From NCBI GenBank assembly GCA_964016885.1, contig OZ024753.1, forward strand, positions 2,914,001 to 2,978,000: a stretch of DNA of 64,000 nt, written 5' to 3'. Of the stretch, positions 53,902 through 64,000 are shown in pieces; position 1 is the stretch's first letter, and each line of letters opens with the position of its first letter. The notes beneath the pieces were generated by a model, which saw only the letters and a program-made list of their open reading frames with translations, had not been told where the DNA came from and did not search any database. The DNA is from Eledone cirrhosa. Lineage: Eukaryota. The position numbers and the translations under genes were made by a program.

Positions 53902-54230
53902 GACTTAGTCGTTAGAACATTGGCCTTGCAATCGAAAGGTTGTGAGTTCAATTCTCAGACTGGGTGATGAGTTGTATCCTTGAGCAAGACACTTTATTTC
54001 ACATTGCTCCAGTTTACTCAGCTGTAGAAATGAAATGATAGGGACTGGGGTCCCTATCATTCCACTGCAAAGTGGTCGTGGAGGTGCCACGGCAAAAAAG
54101 CACCCAGCACTCACTGTAAATGAGGTTGGTGTAAGAAAGGGCATCCAGCTGTAGAAATCAAGCCAAAATCAGTTCCCGTCCCACCCTTGCAAGCAGGGAA
54201 AAGCGGACGTAAAATGATGATGATGATGGA
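53902..54230 (+). mobile_element. Full-length CORE-type SINE with RTE-like tail
   Basis: tRNA head (gagttcaattc), CORE-like motif, tail cttgcaagcagggaaaagcggacgtaaaatgatgat. Confidence 0.88.
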
Positions 54231-54621
54231 CGTAAAATGTTGATACATACATACATAAATATTAGGGATGTAATGTATAGCTCATTAGTGATTACCAATT
54301 AATTGCTATTACCTTATTGTATGATACTGAATAATCAGCTGCTGATTATCTATAATGTAATGATGCATTCTGATATGAAAATGCATATTATAATTAATTG
54401 TAGAGCCCATGCAAGCATGGAAAAATAGAATCTAAACGATGATGATGATAATGATATAGATAATGAATTAAAATATTTCACAATTAATCATAATTATGGA
54501 GCTACTGATCAAAGGATGGCAGAATTAGATTGATTTTACCATGATTTCTACATTTTATTGCTATTGAACTATGTCATTCAAGAGTACAACCTTCTGTACA
54601 CAACATGATTCACATTAAACA

Positions 54622-54960
54622 TAGGTGGTGAATTGGCAGAATCATTAGAAGGTTGGATAGAATGCTTTGTAGTATTCATTTCAGCTCTCCGAGTTGAAAT
54701 CCAGCCATGGTCGACTTTGCCTTTCATCCATTCAAGATCGATAAAAAAAATGTACCAGTCAAGTACTGGGGTTGATTTTTCCTCTATATGTTTTCTCATT
54801 TCCTTTTCTCTCACTCTTTCTATCCTTCTCTAGAAGAAATCTACTGCTTTCAGACCTGGAGAGAGATGGGCTCTGCCGGGTTTATAAAATGCCTTAGAAA
54901 TGCAGTATGTCAATATGCCACCCCAGCGACTCCTCAGGAGTTACGAGTCCATACCATACT
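54622..54960 (+). mobile_element. Nin/Deu-domain SINE, long-tail subfamily
   Basis: Homologous to 28900-29205. Confidence 0.75.
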
Positions 54961-56391
54961 TAAGCATAGGCTTGTGATTTAATTATTGTGTGACTGTACC
55001 GCCAACATGTGTAGTCTTACTGACTGTATAGACATAAAGCCAAAAGTTTAACCCTTTAGCATTTACATTAATCTATATTTACTATTGTATTTTCACGGTA
55101 AACTCTTTATTTCACATAATTATCTCACATAATATTGAATCTATGAGATTTTGATATTACTTATTTCGAGTATGAACAGCCGGTTATAACCAGTTTGAAC
55201 AGAAAGAGGGGAGGGAATTCTGGCTGGATATGGCCAGTTTAAATGCTAAAGGATGAAGAAATTATAATGTGTTCTAAGAAATATGTTTTTTTAATGTCTT
55301 TCTACATGTTGAATCCAATGTGTTCTGAATTCCTCTGCTACACATTGTTTTATTGCTCCAGCTTACATGCCTTAAAAAGCAATAATGGCTGATTATCCAA
55401 ACTGATAAATCTCAAAAAACGTCCATACCAATTAATCAGTGCAATGGTTGATATTGATTATCTGCTGTTAATCGGTGCAACCCTAATATATACACTTCCA
55501 TATATATATATCGTTTCTGAATTTGTTTAGCAAAGTATAACAATATATATACATATAACACATATAAGCCTATAAAGGAAATTTGTATTTATTTATGAGT
55601 GAATTGGCAAGCAGTAAAAAAATATTCAGTGCGAGTAAGTGAAATATTTGTCTTTATAAGTCACTATATACCATCATCATCATCATTTTTATATCTGCCT
55701 TTTCCATGTTGGCATGGGTTGGATACAAATTTTCTAAGACAGTGTTTTATCGATGGATGCCTTTCCTGATGCCAATCTTTATTTGATTTCAAATAAGGTA
55801 CTTATTTTCATGCATAGAACTGCTGAGCTGCTGTAAATATTGTTTATGCAGGATATGAAGAAATGTTAGCTTTTGTCTTAACATTATCAATGTTAAATGA
55901 AGACACCTATAGACAAATACTTGTATTCAAATATACATATATGTTACCATGCAGTTTTATCTACTAATTACACTCACAAAGCATTGGTCATCCTGAAGTT
56001 ACACTAAATGTTCACCCATGTTACCATAGTGGTTGCAAAGCAAATTTCTTCAACATACAGCTAATAATGTATAAATCAATGTGTGCCCCAAATGAATTTT
56101 TTTGTTGAGGAAGGCAAGAAGTGTGTTGGAAACTGACAACTAATGTCTACTGAGAAGTAATCAGCTAGTTTGACTGTGTTTTGAAACTAATATTAGTGAC
56201 ATGGTTTGAAAACGATTCTGTTATATATATATGTGTGTGGGTGTGTGTGGGTGTGTGTGGGTGTGTCTATATGTGTGTGTGAGTGTGTGTATATATATAT
56301 ATATATTCTATTAAGCTCTGTTACCTACATAGAACACTCTTTTTTCCTGGACTTTTCCGACGGAATTACTTCATATACATATATATATATT

Positions 56392-56439
<48 letters not shown>

Positions 56440-59356
56440 AAAATGAGAAAACCCATCGCTAAAACAGCCATTAAGATAGCTAAATGCTGTCAAAGACAGA
56501 GATGGACAAACATGCCCCAGAGGACAGAGACCAGTGATCAGCAGAGAGACAATCCACAAGGCAGATGACAGGCAGATGAAATATAGAAAAGATTGAAAGA
56601 TGAGGAGGACAAGAAATGCTTTGGTACATAGAAATGAACTGAAGAAATAAATAAAGAAAGGTGATGTACAAAACAAGTTTACACACACATCTTCACCCTC
56701 ATTATCTCTCAAACCAGCAAAATGGTTTCACATGATTTAATTTAAATTACCATTTTAAAAATCTGGTTCGATGCAACAGAAAAATAAATCTTTCTTCAAG
56801 TATGATGTGTGTGTGATAAAACAAACAGCATAAATAGAAGCACAAAAGAAAGAAAAGAAAATAATGGGATAATGGACCTCACCTACATCCTAAAAACTAA
56901 GCACACCAGTTTATGAAAGCCTACATATATCTAAAAACTTGGGTATATTGCTAGAATTGGATATGTGTCTGCTTAGTCTAGCCTAGCATATGACAATCTC
57001 TCTAGTGCTGGTGCCATGTTAAAATGAACCTACTACATTCTGTAAAGTGTTGGTGTTGTTACCATCATAAAATTTATGCAGTTCACTTTGTAAGGGGGTA
57101 GTGCTTGTACGATGAAAACTGCCCCTAGTACATCTGTAAGATGGTTGGCATTAAGAAAGGTTTCCCACTGTAGAAACCATGCCAAATAAGGAACATAATG
57201 AGGAAGATTTGTTGCTCCAACCCATCTTGATTTGGACCACAACAACCTATCCAGTCCAAGTCAGAATGGAACACAGACATAAAAATGATGCTGATAATGA
57301 TGACTACTATTATTGCTACAACTGTTGTGAGTAGAAAACTACAACTACTGTATTTCTATTACTGATGCTAGTTTCCAAACATATCAAACCTTTATATATT
57401 TTCAAAAATAATGATAATTTTTTTCCAGGTAAGCCGTGCTTGTAATCAATATTTATGTATAACTTTAAGCCATTTCCATTATTCATTTTAGTATTGTTAT
57501 TGAGAAAAGCAAAATATCACAATTTCATAGTCTCTTCTCTCTGGAAATCTCAAGATTCCTTCTTAATAATTCAACATGATATTCTTACTGATTTCATATT
57601 CCTTCAAATCAATATATTTAGAAATCAATATATTTGCCTGTCTAGCACATAACCTGGTCTATTGAGCAGATTTATGTGGTAGTATATATTATTTACAGCT
57701 CAATTTGATTGTCTGACAAGTGTATGTCTTTATATTCATCAACATGAGGAGGTTGATAAACAGAATCACTAACAACATATGTGTTGACAAAGTTACCACT
57801 GGTTCTTAAGTTATTGATTCGAAAACAACTTCAAATATTCTCTTGCATTTCTTCTGTAATAATTTTACTTTGGTATTCATGAAAGGTAAAATAATGAAAC
57901 AATTTTTTTTCATCAGATATCTTTGGAATTTTATCACCATCATCATCATCATTTTTACGTCTCCTTTCCATGTTGGTATTGATAGGATGGGTTGTCAATG
58001 TTTGAGACCAGGCAGGTTAGAGCAACCAATCATGCTTGCTATGTTCCATATTTAGCCTGCATTCTATGACCGAATGCTCTTCCTCATGCTAACCACCTGA
58101 CAGATTGCATACAGTGCATTTTTTGTGACATCAGCATGAGTATGATTTTCATGATACCAGCATTACCCTTTACAGTGTAGACTGAGCACAATTTATTATA
58201 GCACTTGTGCTAGAGAGGTCATCACACACTTTCTTTATAAACAGCAATTTTTGAACACCCTTTAAAAAAAAAAATGATCAAAGGGCTGAGGCACTTATGA
58301 GAGTCAATTGCCATCCAATAGTGTGTAAAAAATCGGTAGGCAGAGCTTGTTAAGTTTGGTTGGAGACCGATCATGCTGATTTCAAAACCAAGGTAGATGG
58401 AACTCCTTAGTCACTTTGAGGACAGCCTTTCAAGTGGCCAATGGCTTCATCCTTGTGATGAAGGTGGATGAGCTGTGACTCAGTAACTAGCTTCTGAGTA
58501 ATTGATGGACAAGAATTTGTGATCCACTTACATCTCTTTTCTCTCAACAAGAATTATGGATATACAGCATATACAGATTAGCACTGGTGATATTGTCCAT
58601 GATGTTTTACCCTCAAAAATGAGGATGGGAGGAAAGACCAGACCAGGATGTCAGAACACTATAAAATACAAATCTAAAACAAACTACTACACACACACAA
58701 GACACCTAGTGTTATACTCAGTAGTGCAGTGAAAGCATGCAATACAAATCAGGCTACTGACAAATAATAATAGCAAGAAGAAAAAGATAAAGATGGTGGC
58801 CATGATTATGATGAGATAAAAGTGCATTTGCTTTCATATCAACCCATTTAGTGATCACATTAATCTTTACCATATTTCTGCATCTTTAGAAAAGCTATTG
58901 ATCTATTTATGCTGGATTTCCCCACCTTCTCTTTCAATCTATCTATTACCCTTCTATCCATTTGCCTCTCTGTCTGTTTATCTGTCATCCTATTTATAAT
59001 TTCAGACGATGCTTTCATAATTGCCTATATCACTTAACACTATTTTTGAGTTTTCTTCATTTATTTGTTTTTTGTCATACATATGTACGTGTGCAGATCT
59101 GCACACTGATATTCTGCCATGTGCATGTAAATGCATGCTGCATGTAAGTGATCGATGCATAACATAGTGACTGAGTGGGTTAACGGTGTCAGCTATTGAC
59201 AGAGAAATCATGATGATAGAAGAGAAACGTGACGGAGAATAAGAGAGAGAGAAAGCGAGGACACAGAATGTAAGACAACAGAATGTAAGACAACATAAGG
59301 AAATGATATACACACACGCCCGCACACACACGCACACACACACACATACATATATA

Positions 59357-59566
59357 CATTGGCGGACTGGCTAGGTTGCCAGGTTACCCTATGGCAAGTG
59401 GGCCCCCGGGTGATCCATGATAGTATTACAGAGACCCACTGTAGTATTTCATATCCAAGGCTTTGCGTTAAAAAAATATCTGAAGTCTAAGATGTAGAAC
59501 AATAATTTAAACATAAAATAAAATAAAACAATTTTGCCATCGGGCAACCTAGCCAGTCCACCACTG
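59357..59566. mobile_element. hAT-type MITE, 210 bp, 24-bp TIRs, 8-bp TSD
   Basis: cattggcggactggctaggttgcc / ggcaacctagccagtccaccactg match at 22 of 24 positions; CATATATA at 59349-59356 and 59567-59574. Confidence 0.82.
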
Positions 59567-60169
59567 CATATATATATATATATACGTAATTTTTAAAGTA
59601 TCAAAACCTCAAATCTATTTATTTAATTATAAATACGGAAAGTGCTGCGATAGAAGATAAATAAAACTTCAAAATAATTATAATACCCGAAATTGTTTTG
59701 AGAATAATAGTGTAAAATTAATTGTGACACCAGTTTAGGGATTTCATGCTACCTTAACCCCTCACACCGCCATGGCAATTTGATGTTCAGATGAAAGAGA
59801 TGCAGGGAGTAAATTAATTGTTTTATTTATTTACTTATATAAAACAAGGAACAAGATGCCGGGAAAGAAATTCAAAAACTTTGCCGTGGTTAAAAAATAA
59901 AATTCAGCCATTACTCCTCCCATGATGCAACAGTGCAGGTAAATAATTTGACGACTTAGCGACATCGGTCACTATAGTTTACATTTTTTTCCGCAGAAAT
60001 TTGATTGCACTTTTTTGTTTCCAGTTATGTATTTTTTGAAAATGTTTATTCGTTATAAAAATTAAATGATAGCATTCTATATGTGGGTGGGCCCCCTTCA
60101 TCTGGCAAGCAAAATCTTTAGACCCAGTGCACCACTGTATATCTAACTATCTATTGGCACCTCGAGGCA

Positions 60170-61070
60170 ATCAGCAGAGCCTCCACTTCGACATTCTATA
60201 GGGGATTAGTGGAGGATAAGTGCGATGATGTTCTCGGGGAAACTCTAGGCATCGAGGAGGGCGAACTGACCAGTCTGTTCGGGAGGACTTTCTGTCCAGG
60301 GCCTGTGAATAACTTCCTGAGGTCTCTGGCCTGGCAGTGCTACCGAGGAGCTCTACCAGTTCGAGACAAAAATCTACAGGCACGGACGCCTTGGCAGAGA
60401 TCCTGCCAAAATGACCTGTCCAAGATGCGAGCAGGACATCGAAACCGTTCTGCACGCAATTGTTCAGTGCGCAGGGGTGACCAACCTGTGGAAATATGTT
60501 TAACAGCTACTGTTATGTGTGGGATGCATCCAGTTGTCAGCCGAGTCCATTGTAGGATCACAATGCTGCCTTCGTTTAAGAATGAAGAAGAGGCGGTTTT
60601 CCTCTGTCTGGTAGCTAAAGGACTGAGGGCAAACACCTTTCTCTCCGGACAACAACTTATCCCCTTCTTTAAGTATCACTTCAGAAGGAAGGTGCGAGTG
60701 CAGAGAGAGAGGTGCTACACCCCAGTAAATTCGCTAAAAGGTGGGCGAATGTGGCAACAATGGCCCGAGTGAATGGGCCTTCTCTGTATATAAACCTGTA
60801 GGTTGAGGAAGATAAACAGAGGGAAGACAGGAACATCTACAAAACGTGTTCCTGGTGATGAGGGTTGTTCTATCCACGGGGTGTAAAACAACCCTGCAGT
60901 AACGTTCCCCCCCCCCAATTGGGGATTTCAATTGTTATTTTATTATATATAGTTTATTGTTATTTATTAATGTTAAAGTTATTTTTATGTAAAACCCCCG
61001 CCGTCACGTCTTGTAATGTCCCATTTTTGTACGCCCCTGTGGCAAATAAAGAAAGATATCTATCTATCCG
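60170..61070 (+). mobile_element. Tx1/L1-like LINE 3' portion (zf-RVT region plus 3' UTR), frameshifted
   Basis: NNFLRSLAWQCYRGALPVRDK, then in a shifted frame CPRC..ETVLHA..C (zinc-binding in RT); ends gtggcaaataaagaaagat(atct)n. Confidence 0.82.
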
Positions 61071-61120
61071 CAAATAAAGAAAGATATCTATCTATCCGCA
61101 AATAAAGAAAGATATCTATC

Positions 61121-61520
61121 TATCATCATCATTTTACATCTGCTTTTCTCTGCTTGCAAGGAACGGTGGTACGGGTCCTATTCAGCATGGCATCTCTCCA
61201 TTAGTCACAGTCCTTTGTCACCTCCTCCGTGAGCTCACCACCTCCACCCATGTTTTTTGTAGTCTTCATCAACTGTGTCTTCCTTCTACTGGGATTTCTT
61301 TGCATTTCTTTACACAGCGGTCACCCTCCATGCACATTACATGTCCATACCAACGCAGTCTTCTCTTCAGCACACTACAGCCTATCCCCCTTATACACAG
61401 TTTCTCTCTCAACTCGTCTATCCTTGGTTGTTCACGCACATTGACATTGCACATCCAACATAGCATGCTTGCTTCATTTCTCTCTAGCCGTCGCATATCC
61501 TCCACAGTTGCTGCCCATGT
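61121..61520 (-). mobile_element. RTE-clade LINE 3' end with (GAT)n tail
   Basis: MRRLERNEASMLCWMCNV...ELREKLCIRGI..RRLRWYGHVMCM, followed by tail cttgcaagcagagaaaagcagatgtaaaatgatgat. Confidence 0.88.
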
Positions 61521-63485
61521 ATATATTTACTATATATATATATATGTATGTATATATATATCTCTGTGTGTGTGTGTGTATATACGTGGGTGTGTGTAAA
61601 TATATATTTTTGTAGGGGGTCCATTCATATATCTGTGTGTGTATGCCTACTACATTCACACATGCACTGTATACACCTATGTACGGTCATGGATACACTG
61701 TTACACACACACACATCTGAAGTGAAAATTAACAATGACTAAAAATAAATATACTGAGACTAAGGGATCAAAAGGATATTGTTGGAATGTGAAAAAAATC
61801 AATCAAAAATATCAAAACACAAACATGCTCTATCGTGGAAGCCTGCTGCCCACTTAACATCAATGGGATTTAAAAAATACAGTAGAAGAACAATATCAAT
61901 GGACCATTGATGAAAAGTTTGCTAATCCAGTATCTAAAATACGCTTTCAGGTTAATACCCATTATTATTGAAGCAACAGGATATGTACAACCCTCCATGG
62001 ATCAAAATATAGCTGAACTTGGATTCTTGAAGGCACCACACAGCTCCTTCATTTGATAAGCTAAAAGGATCATACTATTTGAGCGAATAAAAATCTGCAA
62101 TACCGTCTTTAAATTTAATGGTTGAATGGTTGTGAATGTAAGGCTAGAAATAATACTACACTTTTCTTTATAACATTGCTGTAAAGCTGGTGACTGGTCA
62201 AAGGAAACTCTAAATTGAGAAAAAAAGAGAAATCCTGCACAGATACATACATATGCAGACATGACACCATCTGTATATATATATATATATTAGTATATAT
62301 AGATATATATGTATGTATGTGTACATATATATATCCAACAAAACATTCATTCAAAATATTGCAGCAGGAAACACCAACAATGCAGGTAACAGCACATACT
62401 CGTGCTGCTTACATGAATTGCAAGAACTGCACTGAGCACATATAAAATCAATGATCACATGTCCTTGTATGATGTGTGTGTGTACATGCAAGGTCAGGAA
62501 CATATTTATACAACCAGTTATATATGTAAAGATAAAAGAAAACTCTTTTCATGTATATGTGTATAAATAGTTCTGCATCAATATTTAGTATTGTTGCTCA
62601 ATATATCTCTATTCTTCTAATATCAACGATGGTATTGTTTACTTCAAAACTCATATTTTCCTACTTTTGTGTTCTAAACAAAATTGAATGAATATGAATT
62701 AAAAATTGCATCATCATTATTGAGGATTTGGGGGTGGACTCTTCCCAACACAATGAACCATAAATTGTCTTCATACTCTCTTTGGCATAAATAGGGTCAG
62801 TTGACCCAGAGTTTTCTTCTGACCCAATTCACTCTGAGGTTATTCCTTTACCCTTAGCCTTCACCTCAACGCAGCCAACCACAGGCAATGAGGGCTTATG
62901 TCCTTCTCCTAGTTTAGCTACCTTCCAATGCGGTGGAGCCCAGACCACCTACCAGTTATAGTGTAGACGGATTTAATGTCCAGCATGCTGCTAGAATCGT
63001 GAGAGTGAGGAAACCCTGATACATGAGTAAGGAACTTTAACCCTTTAGTGTTTACACTACTCTATATTTACTATTATATTTTCACAGTAAAGGCTTTACC
63101 TCACATAATTATCACACATAATATTTAATCTATGAGATTTTGATATTATTTATTTTGAGAACAATATCTTAACATAATTATGAGCAGCTAATCATGGCTG
63201 GTTTAAATGCTAAAGGGTGGAACAAATGAAAAACTAAATTTAGCAGTAAACCTGATTAAAAGCTGTGTAAATGTTCCATGTGTGTATTTACCTTTTGCTT
63301 AAAGAAATCAGTATCTATGTATTTACTTGTTCTTCAAATACTGTACTTTTGTAATTATTTGTATGCTTGCATATGCATAAATACTCACACACTCAAACAT
63401 ATAATGTAAACACAAACACACATACACATATATATATAGATATATTCATATATATATATACATGCACACACAGAAACATATGAAA

Positions 63486-63540
<55 letters not shown>

Positions 63541-63649
63541 AGAACATAATGTAAACACACACACATATATATATGCACTTACATGCAAATTTTAATTTAA
63601 TATACATATAAATATAATTTTCAGTTAATAGTTTTTTTTTATATTAAAC

Positions 63650-63680
<31 letters not shown>

Positions 63681-63712
63681 TATATATGCGTACATACACA
63701 TATACACACACA

Positions 63713-64000
63713 CATCATCTTACGTCCGCTTTTCCCTGCTTGCAAGGGTGGGATGGGAACTGATTCTGGCTTGATTTCTACAGCTGGATTCCCTTCCTAA
63801 CACCAACCTCATTTACACTGAGTGCTGGGTGCTTTTTTGCTGTTGCTCCTCCACAACCACTTTGCAGTGGAATGATAGGGACCCCAGTCCATATCATCTC
63901 ATTTCTACAGCTGAGTAAACTGGAGCAATGTGAAATAAAGTGTCTTGCTCAAGGAAACACATCACCCAGTCTGAGAATTGAACTCGCAACCTTTCGATTG
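63713..64000 (-). mobile_element. CORE-type SINE (runs off window)
   Basis: Near-identical to the reverse complement of 53902-54230. Confidence 0.88.

Overview
AT-rich, microsatellite- and retroposon-dense eukaryotic DNA. The SINE families resemble those of octopods, so this is probably an Octopus/coleoid genome (inference). Almost all ORF-track entries are microsatellite artefacts. The only convincing host coding sequence is a 125-nt minus-strand exon (36380-36504) encoding the start of an Ig domain of Dpr/ZIG-8 type, so the window is probably mostly large introns of that gene. The rest is tRNA-derived Nin/Deu-domain and CORE-type SINEs, decayed LINE ends (Dong/R4, RTE, Tx1-like, CR1/L2-like), a Penelope-like RT relic, and hAT, piggyBac and Tigger-like MITEs. 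The most notable signal is a dispersed set of short, mostly (TA)n-embedded modules carrying type-I hammerhead ribozyme motifs. Five have an intact core (4292, 8166, 19005, 23585, 36862) and several are decayed. Their stems differ in sequence yet still pair, some sit in fold-back inverted repeats, and most are sense to the host gene. They look like a non-autonomous Penelope-like/retrozyme-type system. All structures were read by eye; no folding or database search was run.
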